From Zygophlyctis sp. KS116 (taxonomy: Eukaryota; Fungi; Chytridiomycota), in assembly GCA_054661495.1 (NCBI GenBank), contig BAAFSQ010000029.1:29009-61008 (forward strand): 32,000 bases of DNA, in the 5' to 3' direction. Made by a program: the position numbers and the translations under genes. Positions within the stretch are counted from its first letter, which is position 1. Each line of letters starts with the position of its first letter. This document shows positions 12,601 to 23,787 of the stretch, piece after piece. The notes beneath the pieces were generated by a model that searched no databases, was not told where the DNA came from, and saw nothing but the letters and a program-made list of their open reading frames with translations.

Positions 12601-15600
12601 ACAATTCAAAAGTATGAGATTCCACCAAAAACAAAATTTAGTGCAATTACCATTCCAACTATTGATACAGTTAGATATGGTTATTTACTCGATCTATTTA
12701 TTCTTCATAACAAGCAAGTCCTGTTTGTTGGCCCAACTGGGACTGGAAAAAGTGTTTATATTAACAACAAGCTTCTAAATGGGCTTCCTTCGGGTGTATA
12801 TAATCCTGTTTTCGTGAATTTCTCTGCTCAAACTACTGCTAATCAAACCCAAGATATTATTTTCAGTAAGCTCGATAAACGAAGAAAGGGTGTATTTGGT
12901 CCATCTATGGGCACCAAATGTGTAATTTTTGTTGATGACTTGAACATGCCTGCCAGGGAGAAATATGGAGCACAGCCACCTATTGAGCTACTTCGACAGT
13001 GGATGGATCATGGATTCTGGTACGATCTTAAAGATACGAGCACTCTACAGTTGGTTGATATTCAGTTTATCGCTGCCATGGGACCCCCAGGAGGAGGACG
13101 TAATCCAGTCTCAGCAAGATTTATTCGCCACCTTAATACTATCGGAATAACAACTTTTGATGAAATCACGATGAAAACGATTTTCGGATCTATTGTTGAA
13201 TGGCATCTTTCCTCCTTTCACCAAAGCATTCAAAGTCTAAAAGTTCCGCTAGTGAGTGCAACTCTTGATATTTATCAAGAATCTATTTCCAATTTGCTAC
13301 CGACACCCGCAAAATCTCACTACATATTTAATCTCAGAGATTTTTCTAGAGTTATTCAAGGTCTTCTTTTGGCATGTAGCGAGAAGTACCAAGAATCTTC
13401 CAAAATTATTCGTCTGTGGTGTCATGAAGTATATAGGGTGTTTTACGATCGTTTGGTAGATGATTCGGACCGTTCTTGGTTTTTTGACACGATAAAAAGC
13501 TTAACTACCAAGCATTTCAGTGTAAAATTCGAAGAAATAATGGGTCACTTGGATTTCAATAAGGATGGAAATGTGGAAGATGACGACTTAAGGAGCCTAA
13601 TGTTTGGCGACTATTCGATACCAAATTCCTCCATGAAATTCTATGATGAAATTCAGAGTGTTCTGCACGTTTCTGAGGTAATAAAAGGAAGATTAGATGA
13701 ATATAATCAAGTTTCGAAGGCTCCTATGAATTTAGTCATTTTTAGATTTGCGGTGGAGCATGTTTCTCGAATTAGTCGAGTGCTTAAGCAGCCCGGAGGC
13801 CATGCACTTTTAGTGGGAGTGGGCGGAAGTGGTCGCCAATCTCTATCCAAGCTTGCTGCATATATGGCAGATTATTCTGTGTTCCAGGTTGAGATTTCTA
13901 AATCATACGGAAATGGTGATTGGAGAGAGGATCTAAAGAAATTGCTGATCAAAGCAGGCGGTGATGGTGAACCTACTGCTTTTATTTTCAGCGATACTCA
14001 ATTGAAGCTTGAATCCTTTTTGGAAGATATAAATAACATGCTAAACACTGGAGAAGTCCCAAATATTTTCCCGGCGGATGAAAAAGCCCAAGTTATAGAA
14101 AAAGTTAGAAGTGCTTTGCTGAAAGAAAATCCAAAATACGAAGGATCTAATGCTGCAATATATAGTCAGTTTATAAGTAGATCTAAAGAAAATCTGCATA
14201 TTATCCTCTGCATGTCGCCAATTGGTGATGCATTCAGAAATCGTCTGCGTATGTTTCCTGCACTAGTTAACTGCTGTACGATCGATTGGTTCCAATCATG
14301 GCCTGAAGATGCTTTACAAATAGTTGCTACCAAATTTCTTGAGGATGTAGATATGTCAATCGACTTAAGAGCTAACGTTGTAAAAATGTGTAAAGAATTC
14401 CATGTTAGCTCTCGTATGCTCAGCACAAAATTTTTACAAAATTATAAGCGGCACAACTATGTAACGCCTACATCATATTTGGAATTAATTCAAACCTTTA
14501 AGCAGCTTTTAGAAGTAAAACGAAAAGATGTTAATTCCTTGCGCAGTCGATATGAAACCGGTTTAGAGCAGCTTGCTAGTGCTGCTTCTCAAGTTGGTGA
14601 GATGCAAAAAGAACTAAGTGACCTTCAACCGCAGTTGATTGTTGCCCAAAAAGAAACAAATGACATTATGGCAGTAATTCAAAAAGATAGCGTCGAAGTA
14701 GAGAAAAAGCGAGCGGTGGTACGCAAAGATGAAGATGTGGCAAATAAGAAGGTACAAGAGGTCAAGGCAATAAAAGACGAATGTGAATCTGATTTAGCGG
14801 AAGCGATTCCGGCGCTTGAGAGTGCTTTGGAAGCGCTAGATACATTAAAGCCGGCAGATATAGGGTTAGTTAAAAGTATGAAGAATCCTCCCAATGCAGT
14901 TAAATTAGTAATGGAGGCCATATGTGTCATGAAAAATATTAAGCCTGCCAGGATCAAAGATCCGGGTGGAAGTGGAAAAATGGTAGAAGATTATTGGGGT
15001 CCAGCCCAGAAGATGATATCTGATTCTCACTTCTTACAGGGTTTAAAAAGTTACGATAAAGACGACATTGATCCGAAAATTATTGATGTGATTCGAAAAA
15101 AGTATGTACCAAACCCAGATTTTGACCCAAATATTGTAAAAAATTCATCTGGTGCAGCTGAAGGACTGTGTAAATGGGTCCGCGCACTAGACAAATATGA
15201 TGTAGTTGCAAAAGTTGTTGGTCCTAAAAAGATAGCTCTTGGTGCAGCAGAGGCTGAGCTGGAAGTGGAGATGAATCATCTTAATGCAAAGAGAGCAGAG
15301 TTAAACGAAGTAGAGGATAAGATGGCTGCACTTGAAGCAAAGTTTACAGAAATGACCAATAAAAAAGCAGATCTAGAGAGACAAGTAGATTTATGCGGTA
15401 AAAAACTTGTTCGTGCAGAACAGCTGATAGGTGGCCTGGGAGGTGAAAAAGATCGATGGAGTGAAACTGCAAAAAGCTTATCTGTTACGTATAATAATTT
15501 GACTGGCGATGTTCTCGTATCAGCAGGAGTAATTGCATATTTAGGAGCATTTACATCTGCTTATCGAAACATGGTACTTGTAGATTGGTGCCAAAAATGC

Positions 15601-18600
15601 ATAGACAGCAAAATTCCTTGCACTTCATCATTTTCATTGGCGGCAACGCTGGGTGATCCAATACAGATTAGAGCATGGAGCCTAGCTGGGCTCCCAAATG
15701 ATAGTTTTTCAACAGAAAACGGAATCATCTCTTCCAAAACCAGGAGATGGCCGCTTTTTATCGATCCGCAGGGCCAAGCAAATAAATGGATTAAAAATAT
15801 GGAAAAACAGAATAGATTGGCAGTAATTAAGCTATCTGACAGTGATTATGCACGAACACTTGAGAATTCGATCCAGTTTGGAACTCCGGTATTACTGGAA
15901 AATATAGGCGAAGAGGTGGATTCTCTTTTGGAACCACTGCTCACAAAACAAATTTTCAAGCAAAGCGGTGTTATGTGCATAAAGTTAGGCGAAGCTATCA
16001 TCGAATACTCTCCATCTTTCCGATTTTATATAACTACAAAGCTCAGAAACCCACATTATCTACCAGAGCTTTCCACTAAAGTAACTCTAGTAAATTTCAT
16101 GATTACGCCAGAAGGTTTAGAAGATCAGTTGCTTGGAATAGTTGCTGCCAAAGAAAGGCCCGAGTTAGAAGAAGAAAAAAATCGTCTTGTTTTATCGAGT
16201 GCTAATAATAAGAAGCAACTGAAAGAGATTGAAGATCAGATATTGGAAATTCTTAGCAAAAGTGGTGGAAATCTTTTGGAAGATGAAAGTGCAATAAAAG
16301 CTCTCACAAATTCGAAAACTTTGTCAAATGAAATTGCTGAAAAGCAATTGATTGCGGAAAAAACTGAAAAACAAATCGATATTACTCGTCAGGGATACAA
16401 ACCAATCGCATTTCATTCTTCAATTTTATTTTTTGTTATTGGAGAATTAGCGAATATTGACCCAATGTATCAGTACTCATTGACCTGGTTTATAAATCTT
16501 TTCTTACAATCAATCCATGATTCTGATAAATCTGATAATCTGAATACACGATTAGAAACACTGAAAAGCCACTTCACTTACAGTTTATATTGCAATATCT
16601 GCAGATCTTTATTCAAAAAAGATAAGCTGCTATTCTCGTTCCTTTTATGCGTTGGATTGATGAAAGGAAATAACGAATTAGATTTAGATGAATGGAACTT
16701 TTTACTAACTGGAGGGGTTTCTTTGGACAAGAATTTACCTCTAAATCCATCACCAGATTGGGTTACTGATAAAACATGGGGAGAAATTTGTAGATTATCT
16801 ACAATTCCATCGTTTTTGAATTTTTCATCTGATTTCAAAAATGAAATTTCTTTCTGGAAGGAAATATATGACTCAACAGAACCGCATAATTCTAAGCTTC
16901 CGCCAGGATGGGAACAGCGACTTAACAATTTTCAGAAGCTCATAATTATGAGAATGATTCGACCCGATAAGCTTAATCCTGGAATAATGAATTTCATCAA
17001 AGGTAGGATGGGGCAAAAGTTTATTGAGCCGCCGCCATTTGATTTGGCGGCCAGTTATACGGATTCCAATTGCTGTGCCCCCCTTATCTTTATATTATCT
17101 CCAGGAGCAGATCCAATGGCAGGGTAATTTTTTAATTTTTAATCAGACAGATTACTAAAATTTGCCGAAGGCAAAGGATTTTCGGGAGCTCGATGCAATT
17201 CTATTTCACTCGGCCAAGGCCAAGGCCCAATGGCCACTTCCCTGATTAAGCAAGCCATAAAAGGCGGGACCTGGGTGGTCCTACAGAATTGCCACTTAGC
17301 AGTATCTTGGCTACCAACCTTAGAAAAAATTTGTGAAGAGCTTACATTAGAGGCAACTCACCGCGAATTTAGGCTATGGCTCACTTCCTACCCCAGCGAA
17401 AAATTCCCCGTCACATTGTTGCAGAATGGTGTCAAGATGACCAATGAACCTCCAGCTGGGTTACGGGCCAACTTACTAAGATCTTTTATATCGGATCCTA
17501 TTTCAGATGATTCATTCTTCCGTGGCGTAAAGAAATCAATTGAAGGAGTATGGGAAAAATTAGTTTTTGGGCTATGTTTCTTCCATGCGTTGGTTCAGGA
17601 AAGGAGGAACTTTGGCCCTCTAGGATGGAATATTCCTTATGAGTTCAATGAGTCTGATTTGCGAATTAGCGTTCGCCAACTTCATAAGGTAAGCCTGCCT
17701 ATTTTCTAATTCAAAGTTCATAAATGAGTATGCTGAAGTTCCATGGAAGGCGCTAAGCTATCTAGCAGGGGAGTGTAATTATGGTGGTAGAGTGACTGAT
17801 GAGAGAGATCGCAGAACATTAATGTCACTTCTCTCAATTGTTTACACGCCTGAAATATTGGATGATGATTATAAGCTATCTGCATCTGGGGAATATATTG
17901 TTCCTCCCAAAGGTTCATACGAAAGTTATCTCCAATATATTAAGTCTCTTCCCTTGATACAAAGCCCCGAAGTATTTGGAATGCATGAAAATGCTGATAT
18001 AACAAAAGATTTGGCTGAAACAAGCTTGCTTATAAATTCCGTACTATCTACGCAGGCCCAATCATCTAATTCCAGTGGCTCAAAATCCAAAGACGATGTT
18101 TTGAGCGAAATATGTACTGGTATTCTTTCACTTTTGCCAAAAGACTTCTCCATTGAAGACTCGCAACAAAAGTATCCTGTAAGCTATGAAGAAAGCATGA
18201 ATACAGTTCTTATACAAGAACTTGTTCGCTTCAACAAATTATTGAAAGTTATTCGGGAAAGCTTGCAAAACATTCTAAAAGCCTTGAAAGGATTAGTGGT
18301 AATGTCTAAAGATTTGGAAGATGTATGTACAGCCCTTAATACTGGTAAGATTCCAGAGATGTGGGCTTCAAAATCTTACCCCTCTTTAAAACCAGTGGTA
18401 AGAAATAGAATTTAAAAAATCTAGGGTGCTTATATTTCTGATTTTGTGGCCCGATTAAAGTTTTTCCAGACATGGATTGATAATGGAATTCCTGTCGTAT
18501 TTTGGATCTCAGGATTCTTTTTTACACAATCATTTTTGACCGGTACTTTGCAAAACTTTGCTAGAAAATATGGAATTCCTATCGATTTGATAACGATGCG

Positions 18601-18999
18601 TTTTGAAGTATCTAAAGTAGATGACATGAATGTTAAACCAGAAGATGGCGTGTATGTCCGTGGATTTTACCTAGAAGGATGTAAATGGGACCGTGAAAAA
18701 GATCAATTGGCAGAATCAGTACCAAAACAATTAATCGATGCGATGCCTATTGTACAGATCATTCCATGCAAAATTGATGATAAAGTATTATTACAGGATA
18801 AAAGCAAACATTATGACTGCCCTGTATACAAAACCAGTCTGCGAAGAGGTGTTTTATCAACTACAGGACATTCAACAAATTATGTGATGGCCCTCTATCT
18901 TAATACAAGCAAGCCACCTCGTCACTGGATAAATCGGGGCGTAGCTGTAGTGGTAATTTAAACTTACATAATGACTAGTTACAACTTTCTGACATGTAA
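6648..18999 (+). CDS. DNAH7: Axonemal inner-arm dynein heavy chain, DNAH3/7/12 group (about 4,000 aa)
   Basis: P-loops [24 protein letters not shown] and GVGGSGRQS; [16 protein letters not shown]; CFDEFNRI; stalk coiled coil; C-terminal [29 protein letters not shown]. Introns 6654-6681, 6757-6786, 6959-6983, 7708-7734, 8324-8355, 8535-8561, 8929-8955, 17124-17150, 17689-17716, 18398-18424, 18953-18978. The first two small exons and the exact paralogue are less certain. Confidence 0.93.
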
Positions 19000-19036
19000 A
19001 GAATTTTAGAATTAGATTTTTCAGACAAATAAAGCC

Positions 19037-19137
19037 TTTTAATTATCAAGGTTTAGTCTGGACAATGATTTCTGAATTTTTTCGATTTCAAAGACTACTG
19101 AATCTTTTGATTTCAACTTTTCAATCTGTTCTGGAAG
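19037..19137. repeat. Direct repeat copy 1: orphan duplicate of the PYM1 3' coding end including its stop codon
   Basis: Matches 19998-20098 at offset 961 with 2 mismatches. Confidence 0.95.
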
Positions 19138-19379
19138 AAATTAGGCAGACGAAAGACGAAATTATTGTGTCCGAAATAACAAACAGCCAAACTTAACCTA
19201 GGTGTACACATCTAATTATTTGTTACCAACTCTGAGCGTCAAAGCAATTTTGAAAGCTATGATCAAGACCTCTAGCTATCACGATATCTATTATGAGGAG
19301 ATGTTACAAAGAATGTCCTTGTATTGTCTTAAAAGTTCTCGTCAAGTGCCATGTCTGGGGCGCCGTTTTCTTTGACAAA

Positions 19380-20003
19380 ATGTGGATCAAAAGATGCTTA
19401 CGGAATCTGCCCTTTAAGAGATGTAATGGCTCCTTGCAACCTGCCTATGTTCTGCAATCGCAATATGAAGCAGACCAGGAGAATATGAAGGTAATTTCGT
19501 TACATTAATTCTTAGAAAGAAATCCTTTCGGCAATCCAGGATCTTTCGCAAGAGATGAAAAATTACAATTTTCTCCTCAGAATGGAAATGAAAAGTGAAA
19601 TTTTGGGTCTTAAGAATGATAATGCAATCATCAAAAGTGACATTGTGGGTCTTAAGAATGATAATGCAATCATCAAAAGTGACATGAAAGAGATGAAAAG
19701 TGACATTGTGGGTCTTAATAATAAACTCAATTCTATGGATACGATGATATCCAAGGCTAATAATTCCTTGGATTCTTTAAAAAAGAACTTTGGAATATGA
19801 TTGATCGTATTAAAACTTTTGCAAAGAAAGTCAAGCTTGTTAAGGAGTCTTACCCGGATCAAAAAGGGAAATATTATCTTTTAACCAACTTCATTGATGA
19901 TGATATCATGGAAAAAGTGGAAAGGATTTGTAACGAAAATGAAATTAAAATCTTGGTCTCTGACAATTCTGACATTAAAGAATTGCTAATAAAGACTTTT
20001 TAA
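19380..20003 (+). pseudogene. Coiled-coil protein gene split into two frames (ATGA overlap at 19797-19800); the C-terminal piece may be a remnant of a PD-(D/E)xK-fold domain
   Basis: A 25-nt intron at 19491-19515 joins ORF 19293-19508 to ORF 19555-19800 in frame; heptad repeats follow. The downstream ORF 19797-20003 is in another frame and no short intron can join it. The start could be 19293 or 19380. Confidence 0.5.
19591..19720 (+). repeat. 42-bp tandem repeat (14 aa, two heptads) inside the coiled-coil ORF
   Basis: Units at 19591-19632 and 19633-19674, with partial units at 19675-19695 and 19696-19720 (KSDIVGLKNDNAII). Confidence 0.9.
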
Positions 20004-20098
20004 TTATCAAGGTTTAGTCCGGACAATGATTTCTGAATTTTTTCGATTTCCAAGACTACTGAATCTTTTGATTTCAACTTTTCAATCTGTTCTGGAAG
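19998..20098. repeat. Direct repeat copy 2: current 3' end of PYM1
   Basis: Matches 19037-19137. Confidence 0.95.
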
Positions 20099-20886
20099 CA
20101 AAGTAGAAACCTCTTTATCTTTAATAGATTCAATCTGCCTTAATTTCTTTTTTAAAGCCTTTAATTTCTTTTCATATGCTTCACGAGAATGTTCAATTTC
20201 AATTAGTTGAGCTGCAATTAGATCTCTTGGTTCTCCCAAAGGCACAACTACAGCTACTTTTTAAGAAATATATTCTTACCACTTTGAAAATCATACAAAG
20301 GCCTTATCAAATCCATCGTATAAACATCTTTAAATCTATTCTTTAAAGAATCATGTATTCTTTTTAATAAATCATTACGACCCCCAGACTCTTGTAAATT
20401 TAAAATCCCACAAAACCTTTTTAATTCAGTTATTTTAGAGACTGAAAATATCTTTTCTCCAATTCCTTTTGAATCTTTGCCAAAGCCTTGCAAAATCTTT
20501 TGAATCGTAGAAGCCTTAACTTTATCAAAACTTTTACCATTATCAATTGGAAAATCATCAAAAGATTCAAGAATTTGTCTTAAATCTTCTAATCTCATTT
20601 CCTGCAATATCCCATGCATTAAGAGTGTTAAATCTTCCATATCATTCTGTCTACCATTGTTTTTCTTGTGAGTATTATCTACCTGTACTGATCCCAATCC
20701 TGCGATATATCCTTGTGATCTTTCTTGAATTAATTGTCCTTTAGATTGGTACTTTTTTACATCCTCTGGGGGAGTATATCCTTGCCTTACTTTTAATTCC
20801 TTTCTTACTGATCCATCTGGCCGCCTGGAAGCAGGAATCACTCTTTCTTGGCCTATATGTATAATTCCTGAAGATGAATTTGACAT
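20000..20886 (-). CDS. PYM1: Partner of Y14 and Mago (PYM1/WIBG) with an internal SAP/DEK-like region
   Basis: N-terminal Mago-binding motif IPASRRPDGSVRKELKVRQGYTPPEDV.KY and C-terminal EKKLKALKKKLRQIE..LLPEQIEKL. A 26-nt intron at 20254-20279 joins the two ORFs. Confidence 0.85.
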
Positions 20887-21043
20887 TTAGATTCAAGGGT
20901 GAGTTTCCTGAACAGGCCTAGGCGACATGATACTCTTGTAACCTCAATAGGTGACCGCCTTTTTGGATATTCTTTTTTGGATATTTATTACAAGATAACA
21001 GTCCAAAATTCAGTCAGTTATTTGAATTTCTTCCCAGTCTTTG

Positions 21044-21622
21044 TCATACCAATACAAAGCATATAAGCCAATCCAATTGACTTTGGTGAATTAATGCACA
21101 GCGTGTATCAACAATTTCATTTAATAATCTCTTTTTTTCATGAGATAGATCAAAGCCTTGAAATTCCAACTTCAATGCTGACATAGACTTGTAGATTTCA
21201 AATAAACTGGATTTTTCAGACTCTAATGTTCCAAGGATTTTTGTAGGTAATGTCAGTAAATTTTCCAATTCTTTTATATTGTCCCAAAATAAGCTGTCGG
21301 ATACAAGCTTTTTAACTCTTTCAACAGATTCTGCATTCTGAACATTTCCTAGAATTTCTATCCCACTTACTTTTAATAGTTAAAACCCGTACCTATTATC
21401 AGTCAACAATTGATTTTTCAAAATATGTCGAGCGTTATACAAATTTCTTAACATTTGGTATTGTGTACACCCCTGCGTTGGCATCGCTTCCTCTGCAAAC
21501 TTTGACATAAAACTGGCATCTTCCAAAGTTTTAGAATAGCTGGGAATCTGGCAAATATCCTTGATTAGTAAGTTCATCATCTGTGCTCCACACCCATTAC
21601 AATGAATTTTTGGATAATTATG
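21044..21622 (-). mobile_element. Degenerate hAT-superfamily transposase fragment
   Basis: One frame with an internal stop at 21380-21382. YPKIHCNGCGAQMMNLLIKDI resembles hAT CxxH.LNL..KD with His changed to Gln. LFWDNIKELENLLTLPTKILGTLESEKSSLFEIY resembles the hAT FW...P...LE.D motif. No terminal inverted repeats found. Confidence 0.7.
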
Positions 21623-21841
21623 TTACAATTCTTGATTTATGACTCAAAACTCTGCTCCGTCCCCAATAAACTTTAGTATTACATACTTTGCATAGCCCAT
21701 GCTTCTGATCAAACGGCAGCCTAGTCAAGTAAGTGGCTATTTGGAAGTCCAGAGTCATCTGTTAATTTAACAGCGGTGTTTCGTGACCTCAGTGTTCAAC
21801 TAAAAATTATAGTCCAAAGAGATATTTCAAACAGAAAACAT

Positions 21842-23675
21842 TTATAAAAGAACTAATTTACCAAGTGCAGGAAAATCATTAGCCAAATCTTCAAACAATA
21901 TGATTGAATCATCCCAAACTGGCCCTGGTTCTGTCCCAACGCAACATTTCGGTGCAATCCAATAAAATTCCATCGGGGTTTGTTTTTCTTTACCAAAACA
22001 GAATAGCTGCCACTCTTGTGAGCTCTCCAGTTTTGAGTGTTTAGAAATGGGTTTGAGAACTGTTACTTGAAACCCCATAAGAACTTGGCGTCTAGAATCC
22101 CAAATAAAGAAATCAAACTTTGGATACGTGGGAGATTCAGGAACAAACAATGTTGTCAGGTTCTTTTTGAGTGATGTCTTTACCGGAAGACTGTTTTTTG
22201 GGAAATGAACTACTGATCTGATTTCTATTGTCTTGATTTCTGGAACATCATCAGTTAATCCTATTTTTCCAACCTTTGTGAATTTAAAAGTAAAGATTGA
22301 ACATATTTCAATCATTGTAGTAATGTAAATTCCAGAGATTTTACCCTTGAATGAGTTTGGATACACTTGACCTTTTAAAAGAAGTTTAGTAACAAATGAA
22401 AGGTAACTTATCAGAGAATCTTTGCGATGATATCCCAACAATGCACGACGGGCAACTGGATTTAAAGCAATTATGATTTTGGTACCTGCCTCATCATCAT
22501 TAATTACATGAAATAGTTGTCTGTCCATTCCTTCTAATCCTATGGGAGGAGACATCTTTAGAGCCATACGAGAGATGCATTCTTTGAGATTTCCCTTGTT
22601 TTTTTCTGATAATTTATCACAAAAATTTGCATGATGAAACATCATTTCTGCAACTCGTTCTGTTCTATAATTAAGAGTTTTCTCGATCAAGCCTTTCATT
22701 GGTTGATTCCAAAGCAAAAACAATTCATTTGGAACACCACCAGTCCAATAAATAGCATCCTGGGCCTCTTCAGAGTCATGATTGACTTTTGTATTATCTT
22801 CCAGAGAGTAATGATCACACCAGACTTTGAATTCTTCCTCATCAAATCTGTGACTAGAAATATCAAAAGTTTGCCATCCTTGCATTTCAATAGGATATTT
22901 TTCATTATTTGTAGATACTGAAAAAACAATTTTGATATTTGAATCACGCTTACGAATAAGTGCATCGATGAGGTTAAACGGAAATTCCTTGACGACTGAA
23001 GGATTAAACAAGTCATTGTGATGGTCAAAAATAAGAATCCATTCAAGATTGTTCTGATGAATATAATTGACAATAGAGTCAATCATCTTCATCATCTTTC
23101 CTTCCTTGTAACTTTCATAGACTGCTTTACACCATTTCACAATAGACTTTTCTCTGATAGTATCGTCATAAAAGGTAGTAACAAGCTCTCTGAGAAGACA
23201 CCCGTACTGATGATACCTCCAAAAAGAACAGTCAATGTACATATGTGACTCTATACTTTTCCCGATTCAGTCTATATTCAGCAGCCAGTAGATATAACAA
23301 ATAGCTCTTTCCAACTCCCTCTGGGCCTCGAACATAAATCCCAGCGAATTTTATGAAATTAAGAACATCAACTTCTTGCTTCAATAGAGGATAAGACTTT
23401 CTCACAATCACAAAAACAGATCTTTCATTGACTTTAAGTCCATGTTGAAGTTGATTAGGAGAAATCAGAGGAAGAAACAGAGAAGATGTTTTGGAGAAGT
23501 CGGCAGAGGATAGACCATTTCGAACAGACAGTAGCGCTTCTTGAGACTTTCTAGCAAATCTAGCCGTTTCTTTAAATGATGACACTGGTAAAGAAGGGAA
23601 TTCAGCATCTACTTCACTAATCGGACGCTTTCTTTGGTTTGGCATATGTTTGCTAGAAGACATTGCTGGGATCAT
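21842..23675 (-). pseudogene. Crinkler/RHS-type P-loop NTPase + restriction-endonuclease-fold protein, frameshifted
   Basis: Walker A YVRGPEGVGKSYLLY, Walker B-like ILIFD, WTGGVP helix motif, and C-terminal FVPESPTYPKFDFF..LMGFQVT. The two ORFs differ by one extra base near 23232-23240 (RVTYVH then DCSFWR). No introns seen. Confidence 0.72.
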
Positions 23676-23787
23676 CCTACGCAAGATTTAAATTTTCAGT
23701 CTAATGAGAGTGATCGCACCTACAAAGACCAATGAAAGGTGAAGTGGCGGTGTTTGCGTTTTACATTTCAAAATCTCAAAAAGATCA

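Noticed and set aside
7070-18627. Short antisense and alternative-frame ORFs overlapping the dynein gene (similar ones overlap other genes)
   Set aside because: No recognisable motifs; expected shadows of long coding sequence.
20915-20926. RFX X-box-like element (GTCGCCTAGGCC on the minus strand) upstream of PYM1
   Set aside because: Only a partial match, and it is not next to the ciliary gene; cannot be told from chance.
20890-21840. Terminal inverted repeats and an 8-bp target-site duplication for the hAT remnant
   Set aside because: No convincing inverted pair found by eye, so the element boundaries are left undefined.
23217-23240. Possible 24-nt GT-AG intron repairing the Crinkler-like frameshift
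   Set aside because: Its length is a multiple of 3, so it would not change frame, and it would delete the DCSFWR segment.
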